Shown in pieces: positions 24,595 through 36,880 of a DNA stretch of 64,000 nt. The position numbers and the translations under genes are program-made. This DNA is from Octopus sinensis (Eukaryota): assembly GCF_006345805.1 (NCBI RefSeq), contig NC_043011.1, positions 45,644,464 to 45,708,463 on the forward strand. The letters run 5' to 3'. The notes below the pieces were generated by a model, which did not search any database, had not been told where the DNA came from, and saw only the letters and a list, made by a program, of their open reading frames with translations. How positions within the stretch are numbered: position 1 is the first letter of the stretch; the number at the start of each line of letters is the position of its first letter.

Positions 24595-25882
24595 TGAGGT
24601 CAACCTGTAAGTTCTGTACAATTTTATCTTTTTTAAAATTGATGAAATTTAATAGTATTTTAGAATGCCTAATTGAATTAAAAATTATTTTTATGCATTT
24701 ATGTACATTTAAACTAATTAAATATTATTTTACAGAAAAATAGAATTAAAATTTCTTTGATTAAAACCTTTTCTAACATAGAAGTATCCAAAGAGCATTT
24801 AAGGCACATAATGTTTTATGAGTACAAAAAAGGAAACTCTGCAGCCGAAGCGACTCAAAACGTATACTCAGTTTATGGGAAAGAATGCTTGAGTGAAAGA
24901 AGTTGCAGAAGATGATTTACAAAATTCAGAAGGTGAGATTTCAGCCTTGAAGATGAAGATCGAACAGGACGTCCAGTTGAGTTTGATGATAAGCTCCTTG
25001 AGGCATCACTTGAAGAAAATCCTGCATTATCAGTTGAAGAATTGGCAATAAAGCTTAGTTCAAACCATACAACTGTTCATCATCATCTTCAACAACTTGC
25101 AAAGGTTTCTAAACTTGGAAAATGGGTGCCTCATGAATTGTCCGAAAGCAATCGCAAATCCTGAGTTGACATCTGCTCTTCTCTCCATTCTCGTGAACTT
25201 ATTTCACCCTTTTTGGATAGACTTGTGACTGGTGATGAAAAATGGATCTTCTATCGAAATGTTAAACGTCGTAAACAGTGGATTGGTAATAGGGAAAAAG
25301 CTCAACCACAACCGAGAAGGGAACTTCATGGGAAAAAGGTTCTTCTCTCTATCTGGTGGGATTGCAAAGGAGTAATTCACTTTGAATTGTTACCACCTAA
25401 TGCAACAATCAAAGCTCAAGTCAACTGTCAGCAATTAGAGCGTTTGAACCAAGCTTTGAAGGAAAAAAAGACCCGCTTTAGTGAATTGAAAAGGAGTGAT
25501 GTTTCATCAGGACAATGCTCGACCTCACACTGCAAAGACCACATCACAGAAGATCGAAGAGCTTGGTTGGGAAAAAATCCCTCATCCACCTTATTCTCCC
25601 GACCTTGCTCCTTCAGACTACCATTTATTTCGTAGTTTACAGAATCATTTGGGGGACATAACTTTCGCAAGCCAGGAGGAGGTTGAAACTGACATTTCAG
25701 AGTTCTTCACTTTGAAACCAAAAGAGTTTTACATTGATGGGATTAAAAAGTTTGTAAATAGATGGAAGGAAGTCATAGATAATCAAGGAAAGTACATTGG
25801 TGATTAAATTTCAATTAAATATAACATTTGATCACCTGTTTTCTTTATTCAAAATTCGGACAGAACTTACGGGATGACCTGA
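24595..25882 (+). mobile_element. Full-length (1288 bp) inactivated mariner transposon, DD34D
   Basis: TIRs TGAGGTCAACCTGTAAGTTCTGT and ACAGAACTTACGGGATGACCTGA with TA TSD. Motifs WVPHEL, TGDEKW, HQDNARPH and YSPDLAPSDYHLF. Start codon is ATA, with several stops and one frameshift; coding span 24778-25807. Confidence 0.96.
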
Positions 25883-25955
25883 TATTTATCTATCTGTCTG
25901 TCTGTGTCTGTCTCTGTCTCTCTGTCTCTGTCTGTCTGTCTGTCTGTCTCTATCT

Positions 25956-26008
<53 letters not shown>

Positions 26009-26920
26009 TACTATAAGGTGAGCAAACGTATATGTACACTGCTATATGTATATATAAATATAAAAAATGGAACAAAACCGCAATAGAGAACAATAAAACA
26101 TGTGGACAGATAGACGATACAAAGGTGAACAGGAAAAACAACAATTAGAGGGGCAGGAAAAAAGGATGGGTCATTTGTGGCCTTCTTTCATCAGTCAATT
26201 TACCAGATGTCCTTACAGTTTCGAGCAGTTACACTTGAGATGGTTCGATCTGGTTGCCTCCAAAAAAGTCTGATCTAAAACCATTAAATTTTTTGTAAGA
26301 AAGCTAGCGAATGTGTACGACAACAAAGACAAAAAACAGAGAACATGGTACGCATTTACAAATACAAACAGCAAGAAAATAACAACAGGTGTCTTTCGAC
26401 TGAGAGCGAATCAAATTGAGCTGGTGTGTATGAAGTGAAAGCCTAAAGGTAGGAACATAGGAGACGGACATAAGAGGTGTTGGCGGTCAGTCAGTCAGGC
26501 AAAGAAAGAAAGATCATGGCTGGCCAGACATCGGTCACATGGAAGGAGGAGAGAGGAGTAGGGAGCAGCAGGATTGAAGGATTAGAAAAAAATCAAAGAG
26601 ACAAAGGGAAAGGTACAGGGAAGATAAACAAGGGGGAAAAGTGGGAGTTAATGAAAGAGAGGGCCAAGAAATGTGAGAGAGGGGGAGCAAGAAAAAGAAA
26701 TGAGGAAGAAAGCATGAGGGGACTAAAAGACAGAGTAAAAGAATCATACAAAATTTAGATACATACTTACTATAAGGTAAGCAAAAGTGTACGTACGCCG
26801 CTATATGTATATATATATATATATGAAATATGGAATGAAAAGGCAATAGAGGACAATAAAGCATCTAGACAGATAGACAATACAAAGGTGGACAGGAAAA
26901 ACAACAATTAGAGGGACAGA
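26009..26920 (-). mobile_element. Penelope pLTR-like element with about 150-bp direct repeats (period 759 bp)
   Basis: 26009-26158 resembles 26768-26920 and the element is flanked by microsatellites. Classification is inferred from architecture only. Confidence 0.45.
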
Positions 26921-27065
26921 AAAAAAAAGGTCCACACACACACACACATACACATGTATGTATCTCTCTCTTGTTCTTCCCCCTCTCTCTTCTATATATA
27001 TATAAATATATCTATATATATAAATATATATATATATATAAATATATATAAATATATATAAATAT

Positions 27066-27120
<55 letters not shown>

Positions 27121-27452
27121 ATATATATTATATATATACATACATACATACACATATATATATGCAGGTGTATAATATATATAAGTACATAAGTGTGTGT
27201 GTACTATATACATACATAAGACAGGCTTCTGTGTAGTTTCCACCTATCAAATTCATTCAGAGTGAAGAAACTTGTGCACCAAAGTTCCACACAGTGGAAC
27301 TGAACTTAAAACCACGTGGCTGTGAACCAAACTTCTTGACCGCACAGCCAAGCCGGGAATCAGAAGTAACATTCTGAACTCACAGTCTTTGAATTGGTAA
27401 TAAGTAATCCAGCCAGCAAACTACACATAATTATGAAATATTTCTATTTTAG

Positions 27453-27569
27453 CATAGATCACCGCTTCCTTCATTCTGGCATCTATATAAAATGGTTTCA
27501 GAGAATGGGATTCCTTTCAAAGAAGTGTCATCGTTGTGGACTAGAGATGGCAGCAAGTTTCAAAATGTG
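27453..27569 (+). CDS. Candidate internal exon of unidentified gene (117 nt, phase 0/0)
   Basis: Acceptor atttctattttag, donor GTG|gttagc. Reads HRSPLPSFWHLYKMVSENGIPFKEVSSLWTRDGSKFQNV in non-repetitive sequence. Confidence 0.42.
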
Positions 27570-28838
27570 GTTAGCTGAATTGAAGAATTTCTAAACATTG
27601 ATGATGCCATTAAAATTGTGACATCTTTGTAATAAGATAATACTTCAAAGTTGGAGAGTGTGTTGCGATATTTTATCAAATTTTCAATGAAGACATATCT
27701 GTGAGTGAACTCCAGTATTATTTCATGTATCTTGCTTACATATACACACACATACACACATGCACACACAGACACACACACACACACACACATACACACA
27801 CGCACGCACACATATACACACACACACGCACACACACACACACACACCACACAAACATAAGGATACACCACACACATATGTACACACATACACATAATGA
27901 CATACATGCACACAAATCATGCACATACACACACACACGGACACCTCCACTGACCCATGGACACCTCCACCGACCAACGGACACCCCCCACACACGGACA
28001 CACGCACATATGACACACCACACAGATACAGACACACATATATCAACGAACGCAAACTCAGACACCGCACACACACACACACACACAGGGGCACATACAT
28101 ACACACACAAACATAGACATACATAGAATGACAAACTCTCATATTCACACATACACATAAACATACAGATACACACATGCATACACACACTTCCTCTCTC
28201 TCTCTCTCTCTCCCAAACAAGCACATTATTCACACTTTAAATTGGTCAACACAACTTCACACATCAATCTTCTGTGATTGCTAAATTATGGAGATTATCG
28301 AATCATGTTATTCCTCTTCCTCTCCTCCTCCTCCTCCTCCTCCTCCTTATCATCATCATCCTTCTCCTCTCCCTCCTCCTTTTCTTGGGTGTCGCAAAGA
28401 CTTAAGAATTATTCTGTTGTTGATCACTGTCTCCACCCCTCCTCTCTCCACCTCCTCTTTCTCTCTCCTCTCTCCCCTCATCTCTCATCTCCTCCTCCCG
28501 CCCCTCACCTTCTCTCCTCTCTCTAAATTATGTAGATTATCGAATCATGGTATTCCTCCTCCTCCTTTTCTCGGCTGTCTCAAAGACTTAAGAATTCTTC
28601 TGTTGTTGATCACTGTTCTCCACCCCCTCCCCTCTCCTCCTCCTCCCTCCGCTCTCTGTCTTATTTTACTCTCTTCATTCAGACAAGAGGAAGAGAGTAA
28701 GGATGACAGCATAGAATCAAGTGTATAAGAGAATATATGCTGTTAGACAAACTCATACAACTTATTCGTGCTTCAAGTACCCAGCCACCACCAGAGGCTT
28801 TTTAAGTGCTGGAACTGAGGTTCAATTTCACAATATAT

Positions 28839-29102
28839 ATAGAAGCTAGGATCACCAAGCATAGATTGGCATATTTCGGTCATATTATGCGGAGAAAATC
28901 CCTGGAGAAGGACATCATGCTCGGAACGGTCAGTGGCAAGAGAGGAAGAGGCCGACCAAGAACCCGCTGGCTTGACACTATCAAGAGTAATACTGGAATG
29001 GACATAGACAATCTGAAAGAAGCGGCCCAGGATGGAACTGACTGGAGGACACTGATACAACGAGTGAGCGAGAGTCGACTTCGACTGAACGGATAGAGAG
29101 AG
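28839..29102 (+). mobile_element. RTE (BovB-like) LINE 3' end
   Basis: RLAYFGHIMRRKSLEKDIMLGTVSGKRGRGRPRTRWLDTIK...SRLRLNG*. Confidence 0.92.
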
Positions 29103-29177
29103 ATATATTGTGAAATATATATATGATATATTTATCAAAATTACATAAAAATATCTTGAAATACTAAAGACTACACT

Positions 29178-29555
29178 TATTCGCTAAACTCACCATTGGC
29201 TTCAACCCCTGCCCCCAGACGACTTAGGAATCTCCTGGATGGTCTCCTTGTTTAAGTTGTGAATGCTGCCATAATCCTTGCCTTCAGTACATCTTTAGTG
29301 TTACAAGGACTTTTGTTGGTCTCACTCAGTTGCATCCCACACATAATAATTAAGGGGGATGCAGTCTGGTTAATTAGGTGGCCAGATGTTATGGGTTATG
29401 TGGTCATAGAAATTATCGGACAGCCACGGCTGGCTTCTCTGGCTTGTGTGGCATGGTTCATAGTCCTGTTGTCATACGTAGGGTCTTCCAGCAGCCACCC
29501 TCTTGACCCAGGGCAGCACTACCTCCTCCAGACAGAGTTGTTATCATGCCAGGCA
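29178..29555 (-). mobile_element. Decayed maT/DD37D-like transposase C-terminal fragment
   Basis: Minus strand gives LEEVVLPWVKRVAAGRPYV*QQDYEPCHT...WLSDNFYDHITHNIWPPN*PDCIPLNYYVW...NTKDVLKARIMAAF. Confidence 0.8.
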
Positions 29556-29584
29556 AAATGCCGAGTATCATTTCATCTCTCTAT

Positions 29585-29823
29585 ACTCTCTTTACTCTTT
29601 CACTTGTTTCAGTCATTTGACTGTGGCCATGCTGGAGCACCACCTTTAGTCATGCAAATCAACCCCAGGACTTATTCTTTGCAAGGCTAGTAATTATTCT
29701 ATCGGTCTCTTTTGCCAAACCACTAAGTTACTGGGACGTAAACACACCAGCATCGATTGTCAAACGATGTTGGAAGGACAAACATATACACACACATACA
29801 GACAGACACACACACACACACAT

Positions 29824-29860
<37 letters not shown>

Positions 29861-30025
29861 TACATATATACGACGGGCTTCTTTCAGTTTCCATCTACCA
29901 AATTGACTCACAAGGCCTTGGTCGGCCCGAGGCTATAGTAGAAGACACGTGCCCAATGTGCCACGCAGTGGGACCGAACCTGGACCCATGTGGTTCGTTA
30001 GCAAGCTACTTACCACACAGCCACA
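29585..30025 (-). mobile_element. CORE-type (OK-like) SINE
   Basis: Near full-length reverse copy. Confidence 0.85.
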
Positions 30026-30423
30026 CCAAATACTACTGAGGTTGACTTTGGTTTTCGTCCTTTCTGGGTCAATAAAATAAGTACCAGTTGAACATTGGGG
30101 CCGATGTATAGAATTAATTCTTCCCCTGAAATTGCTGGCCTCGTGCCAAAATATGAAACTAATTTATATATCAAACATTAGTTTGATAACAACAAAATCC
30201 AGCTTGATAATGACAAAATTATTTTGCTATATTCTGTATTATATAGGCGCAGGTGTGGCTGTGTGATAAGTAGCTTGCTTACCAACCACATGGTTCTGGG
30301 TTCAGTCCCACTGCTTGGCAGCTTAGGCAAGTGTCTTCTACTATAGCCTCGGGCCAACCAAAGCCTTGTGAGTGGATTTGGTAGACGGAAAAAGATAGAA
30401 GCCTGTCGTATATATGTATATAT

Positions 30424-30468
<45 letters not shown>

Positions 30469-30608
30469 CTCAAGATTAATCAGCCGAAATTGCGAAGATG
30501 ATCTGGTTCTTGACTGATGACTGAGAGCTTCGAAAGTCCCGTCTGTGTGTGTTTTTTTGTTGTCTTCAAAATGTTTCACGTTCTTGTCCCAGTTTGTGTT
30601 TTTTTAAC

Positions 30609-30650
<42 letters not shown>

Positions 30651-31583
30651 GTGTGTATATGTTTGTGTGTCTGTGTTTGTCCCCGTAGCATCACTTGACA
30701 ACCGATGGTGGTGTGTTTACGTCCCCATAACTTAGCGGTTCGGCAACAGAGACCGCTAGAATAAGTACTAGACTTCCAAAGAATAAATCTTGGAGTCGAT
30801 TTGCCTGTCTAAAGGCGGTGCTCCAGCATGGCCGCAGTCAAATGACCGAAACAAGTAAAAGAGTAAAAGAGTAAAAGAGCATTATATTCGAGTTTAATTG
30901 AAAGAAAAACAGTGTAAAAGGTTTTCAGTAAGTTCAGATATTTGATCTTTAAACTTATCAAACAACTCCAAAGTTTAATCTCATTTAACAATAATATGCC
31001 AAGTTGCACATATACTTATTCATCTTCCTGATGGGTTGCAGGACATCAATATTCCCTCTGGTGTTCCTCCCCTTTCTTCCAGTAACTCCTAGCGTCCCAA
31101 TGTTCTACAAGAAAATTGAAATGATTTCAAGGAGCCAGTCAAAACATGTCTGTTATCAGATGAGTAGCTGAAGTCTTTATGCTTTCTTGATGAGGATAAG
31201 ATTTTAGAAATATTTACGCACTGTTATTCGAGAATATTACGTTTTAAGAGGACAACAGATTGCTATTTTCACATAAACGTATTACTATTCTCAAACACTT
31301 CAACACTCACTAGGTATTAAAATATGTAACCTATATGATAACAAACCAGGGATATATGTACGTGTGTGTGTGTGTGTATGTGAATGTATGTGTGTGTGTT
31401 GTGTGTTGTGTGTGTGAGAACGTTTTCTAAACAAATTTATAAGCACTAAGTGTGTTGGTATTCTACATAAAATAAAGTAATTGCAATCTGTCTTCACAGC
31501 CATCCTGCATTTGAGAATTCCTTTATTTTCTGTAGAATACATGCACATACACACACACATGCACGCACGTATGCACACACACA

Positions 31584-31654
31584 CACAGAGTTGTTCAGTG
31601 GAAGAATGCTCACCTCCCATGCGGGTGTCCCGTGTTCAATTCTCAGCTGACGCA
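31584..31654 (+). pseudogene. tRNA-Gly(CCC)-like pseudogene or SINE head
   Basis: GTTCAGTGGAAGAATGCTCACCT-CCC-ATGCGGGTGTCCCGTGTTCAATTCTCAGCTGACGCA follows the tRNA-Gly pattern, anticodon at 31616-31618. The 5' acceptor strand is degraded and stems are mismatched. Confidence 0.72.
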
Positions 31655-31806
31655 AAGATTTTGTTTGGTTTTTGACCGATAGAATAAGTACTAGGCTTAC
31701 AAAGAATAAGTTCTGGGGTCGATTTCCTTGACTAAAAGTGGTGCTCCAGCATGGCCGCAGTCAGATGGCTGAAACAAGGAAAAGAAAGTAAAATATATAT
31801 ATATAT

Positions 31807-31879
31807 ATATGACGAATGAGATTCTTAGATATATAAATATGTATGTGCTGTATGTGTTGTATGTGTACACATCTATTTG

Positions 31880-31946
<67 letters not shown>

Positions 31947-32007
31947 GTGCTGTCTATTGCCCCTGTGCATCTGCCGCACACAAAAGCACAGGGGCAATAG
32001 ACTGCAC

Positions 32008-32086
<79 letters not shown>

Positions 32087-32167
32087 CAAATAGACAAATA
32101 GATATGTACACATACATCACATACAGCACATACATATTTATATATCTAAGATTTTCATTCGTCATAT
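31807..32167. repeat. 361-bp near-perfect palindrome enclosing (CTAT)n/(ATAG)n
   Basis: Arms 31807-31968 and 31986-32167 with a 17-nt spacer. The ORF track gives almost identical peptides on both strands. Confidence 0.95.
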
Positions 32168-32297
32168 GGAAGGGTTTGTAGATGTTGGAATCTAAGTTTA
32201 GTTAAGTACCAAGGAAGTTGATCTCAGCTATGTTCATAGCTACTGTAATTTTAAGACCGGTACTCGTTATTTTTTAAGCTTGGTACTTAAATGTACA

Positions 32298-32545
32298 GAC
32301 AATTTGCCAACACACAATTTGCCAACACACAATTTGTCGATTGGACAATTGGTTGATTGGACAATAAGACAACATGTGGAAGCATCGATCATGGAGTTCA
32401 TCAAAATGGAACAAGGAAGCAGAAAGCTTTTGTACAAAAGGTATGCCTTTGTTGCTGATAGAACCAGAAAATTGTCCAATCGGTCAATTGTCCGGTCTGT
32501 AAGTTGTCCATCGGCCTACTGTCTGTCGATGAATTGTCCTGTCTG
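32298..32545 (+). mobile_element. MULE-like non-autonomous element with FLYWCH-like remnant
   Basis: Tandem ACAATTTGCCAAC subterminal repeats and inverted TTGTCC..TCGG repeats. Internal MEFIKMEQGSRKLLYKRYAFVADRT resembles the start of a FLYWCH domain. Confidence 0.5.
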
Positions 32546-32659
32546 CTGATACTTATGCTATTGATCTTTTTATTGAACCACAAAGTTACAGGTTCCTAAC
32601 CACGGTAACACTGGTTTGTCAAATGATGGTGGGAGGAGACAAACACAAACACAAACACG

Positions 32660-32721
32660 CATGCACTCATATATATGTATATATATATATATTATATATA
32701 TATATCTATATAAATATATAT

Positions 32722-32767
<46 letters not shown>

Positions 32768-32860
32768 TAGATAAATATATATATATATAATTATATATAT
32801 AATATATAATATATATATATATATATATAATATATATATATAATATAATATATATTAAAT

Positions 32861-32904
<44 letters not shown>

Positions 32905-32940
32905 ATATTATATATTAATATATATATATTATATATATAT

Positions 32941-32990
<50 letters not shown>

Positions 32991-33002
32991 TATACATATA
33001 TA
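32660..33002. repeat. Long interrupted (TA)n microsatellite
   Basis: Direct reading. Confidence 0.97.
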
Positions 33003-33003
33003 A

Positions 33004-33235
33004 AGGCGGCGAGCTGGCAGACATGTTAGTGCGCTGGCGAAATGCCCTAGCAGTATTTCATCTGTCGTTACGTTCTGAGTTCAAATTCCGCCGAGGTCGA
33101 CTTTGCCTTTCATCCTTTCAGGGTCGATAAATTAAGTACCAGTTTCGCACTGGGGTCGATGTAATTGACTTAATCCATTTGTCTGTCCTTGTTTGTCCCC
33201 TCTATGTTTAGCCCCTTGTGGGCAGTAAAGAAATA
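33004..33235 (+). mobile_element. Full-length Meta-domain SINE
   Basis: GGCGGCGAGCTGGCAG head, B-box GAGTTCAAATTCC, Meta domain and AAAGAAATA tail. Confidence 0.9.
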
Positions 33236-33253
33236 TATATATATATGTGTATA

Positions 33254-33287
<34 letters not shown>

Positions 33288-33860
33288 GCTGGATTTACTA
33301 TTAAGCAGAATAAGCACGTGCTTAGGGCATCAAGGGAAGGAGGGGACACCACAGAAATAGTAAATGGTTTACAGCACAAAAGAAATCACTTTAAACTTGC
33401 TAAAATAATATTCGGGATGCCTTTATCTCTGCCACCATCACTACTGCCGTAGCCACCCCACCACCACTACCATCGCCATCCCCACCACAGTTGCACCCCC
33501 AGCATTGCCACCACCACCACTGCCACCACCACCATCACAGCAACAACACCATTATTACCACTATCACTACAGCTACCACTACCATCATCATCGCCACCCC
33601 TATCACCTCAACAATGATGATGATGAAGATGACAATGATGATGATGACAATGATAACAATGGTGGCAATGATGACGACAATGACGATGACCACCACCACT
33701 ACCACGCCTACCCTATTTCTTAGATAGTTCTCTAAATGAACTCAAAGGAAGAGAATTTCTGCTGCCAGCTAAATATTCTCCAGGAATGTCGTACAAAGTT
33801 AGTTTCAACTTCTATTTAATTAACTGTCAATTAATTAACGAGAGACATCTTCTAATCTAG

Positions 33861-33893
33861 TTACTATAATGAGTTAAATTTGATTGGAAACAG
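33861..33893 (+). CDS. Candidate 33-nt exon
   Basis: cttctaatctag|...CAG|gtgagc. Only one frame is open (YYNELNLIGN), and it is the phase the chain requires. Confidence 0.3.
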
Positions 33894-34374
33894 GTGAGCT
33901 ATGTAACAAATCTTTTTAGTTTTTCATTTTTTATTTTTATTGTTTCAATTTTATTCACATCATTGAAACGATAAATTGAAAAATGGCTTAGATTGCATAA
34001 TTTTAATATTTTACTCATTGATATTGGAGGTGTGGCTTAAAAGGGCATCAATTATAGTGCTGAACACTGGGTTTTTGGATTATATGATATCACAACCCTG
34101 CTGATAGCATTTGTTAATTCTCTTTCAAACATTTTCATCAGCTGCAGTTTTGGCTTTCCTAGGGTGGGGCAGTGCAAAAACAGAATTTTTATGTTTCTTA
34201 TCTTTTGTCTCCAAGGGTTTTGCTTGAACAAATCAACCCCAATCTTATAATAATTCTGCTTGTTTTTCTTTTACTTAGCCTGTCCGTAACGCTTCTTTCT
34301 ACATGATTCGTTGGAAGGTGGAAGGGAAGGATGGGTGGGATGGGGAAGGAGAGGTGATGCTGAGGGAAATACTC

Positions 34375-34590
34375 TTTACTCTCTTTTTACTTGTTTTAGT
34401 CATGTGACTGTGGCCATGCTGGAGCACCGCCTTTAGTCAAGCAAATCGACCCCAGGAATTATTCTTTGTAAGCCTAGTACTTATTCTATCGGTCTCTTTT
34501 GCCAAACCGCTAAGTTACGGGGACGTAAACACACCAGCATCAGTTGTCAAGTGATGTTGGGGGGATAAACACAGACACACAAACATATAC

Positions 34591-34621
<31 letters not shown>

Positions 34622-34790
34622 CATATATACGACAGGCTTCTTTCAGTTTCCGTCTACCAAATCCACTCACAAGGCTTTGGTTGGCCCAAGGCTATAGTAG
34701 AAGACACTTGCCCAAGGTGCCATGCAGTGGGAGTGAATCCGGAACCATGTGATTGGTAAGCAAACTACTTACCTCACAGCCACTCTTAAG
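34375..34790 (-). mobile_element. CORE-type (OK-like) SINE
   Basis: Full reverse copy. Confidence 0.88.
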
Positions 34791-34810
34791 CCTATTTATT
34801 AATGCTTTAA

Positions 34811-35009
34811 CCCTTTCGTTACTGTATTTCTTTCAATTACTTTAAATATAACAAAAAATTTAGTAAAATAACTTAGTTATCACTAAGTTAGTGTTTGGAA
34901 CATAAATTGTGACTTAGGTTTGGTGGAAGATTTTAATTCAAAACTTATGAAAACAAGACATTTGTACTCAGAGCCAGAGCCGGTTTCAGCCGGGTTGGTA
35001 ACAAAAAGG
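34811..35009. mobile_element. piggyBac-type MITE
   Basis: TTAA-CCCTTTCGTTAC ... GTAACAAAAAGG-TTAA: short TIRs with TTAA TSD. Confidence 0.8.
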
Positions 35010-35384
35010 TTAAACCTGTTACTTATTCTATCAGTCTGTTTTGTCGAATTACTAAATTATGGAAACATAAACAAACCAACACCAGTTGTCATGTTATGAC
35101 GAGTACAAACACAAACAAAGACGCATACATATAAATATATATGTATACATATATATGATGGGTTTATTTTAGTTTCTGTCAACCAAATCCACTCACAGAG
35201 ATTTGGTCGGGCTTGGTACTAATCAAAGAAGACATTTGCTCAAGGTACCATGCAGTGGGATTGAAACTAGAACCTTGTGATTAGGAAGCAAACAACTTGC
35301 CACACAGCCACATTTGTGCCTATTACAGTATGTGCTTTGCCTGGAAATCTAGAGTATGTGATTAACCCTTTATGTGAAGGTGCA

Positions 35385-35703
35385 TGGCTCAGTGGTTAAA
35401 GCATCGAACTTATGATTGTGAGGTTGTGAGTTTGATTCCCCGACAGGGCTGTGTGTTGTGTTCTTGAGCAAGACACTTTATTGCTCCAGTTCACTCAGCT
35501 GTAGAAATGAATTGTGACGTTACTGGTGCCAAGCTGTATTGGCCCCTTTGCCTTTCTCTTGGATAACATTGGTGGTGTAGAGAGGGGTGTCTGGTATGCA
35601 TGGGCGACTGCTGGTCTTCCATAAACAACCTTGCCCAGACTTATGCCTCAGAGGGTGACTTTCTAGGTGCAATCCCATGGTCATTAATGACCGAAGGGGT
35701 CAC
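35385..35703 (+). mobile_element. tRNA-derived SINE (OR-like family)
   Basis: GGTGCATGGCTCAGTGGTTAAAGCATCGA...GAGTTTGATTCCC head. Sister copy at 52323-52657. Confidence 0.85.
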
Positions 35704-36124
35704 CTGATTAACCCATTAGCATTTAAGCTAGCCATATTCAACCCAAATTATTCTAGCTGTGTTGGTGCCATATAAAAGCACCAGTGTTGAGGCCATCTAA
35801 GAGCATCTATGCCAGTGGCATATATAGAGCACTCATGCTTGTAACATGTAATAACACTGATGCTGGTGCCACGTACAGAGTGCTCTGCACAGTGATTGGC
35901 ATTAGGAAGGGCATCCAGCCATAGAAACCATGTCAAAACAGATAGCTGGAGCCTAGTGCAGCTCTCTGGTTTTCCAGCTCCAGTCAAATCATCCAACACA
36001 TGCCAGCATGGAAAGCAGATGTTAAATGGTAAATGAGATGATGATGATGATGACGATGATCACGATGATGATGATGATAGGCAGTGCCCCAGCATGGCTG
36101 CAGCCTCAAGGCTGAAACATATAA

Positions 36125-36335
36125 AAGAATATGTTTGTATGTATGTATGTATGTATGTCTTTATGTATGTATGTATGTATTTATGTTTGTATGCATGTAT
36201 GTATGTATGTATGTATGTATGTATGTGTATGTATGTATGTATGTATGTATGCATGCATGTATGTATGTATGTATATATGTATGTATGTATTTATGCTTGT
36301 ATGCATGTATGTATGTATGTATGTTTGTATGTATG

Positions 36336-36367
<32 letters not shown>

Positions 36368-36880
36368 GGGAAAGTTTATGAAAATAAACAAGAGACGAAG
36401 GCAGGTGGTGTACAAACAAACAAATGTATTAGTATAGTGCTCAGGAATAGAAAAAGTCTTTTACGTTTCGAGCCTACGCTCTTCGACAGAAAGATACACA
36501 GAAAAAAACAAGGAGAGAAAAAAATGCGTGTAGTAGCTATGTATGTATGTATGTTTGTATGTATGTATGTATGTATGTATGTATGTATGTATGTATGTAT
36601 GTATGTATGTGTGTATGTATGTTTGTATGTATGTATGTTTGTATGTATATATGTTTGTATGCATGTATGTTTGTATGCATGTATGTATGTATTTATGTTT
36701 GTATGCATGTATGTATGTATGTATGTATGTATGTATGTATGTATGTTTGTATGTATGTATGTATGTATGTATGTTTGTATGTATGTATGTATGTATGTAT
36801 GTTTGTATGTATGTATGTATTTATGTTTGTATGCATGTATGTATGTATATATGCGTGATGTATGTATGTATGTGTTTGTA
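36125..36880. repeat. (TATG)n microsatellite split by an insertion
   Basis: Direct reading; interrupted at 36365-36538. Confidence 0.95.
36365..36538 (-). mobile_element. Penelope pLTR-like repeat with minimal hammerhead motif, copy 2
   Basis: Minus strand 36494-36457 reads TCTTT CTGTCGA A GAGC GTAG GCTC GAAAC GTA AAAGA. Confidence 0.7.

Noticed and set aside
30505-30545. CTGATGA...GAAAGTC as a hammerhead
   Set aside because: Stem II and stem I cannot be paired.
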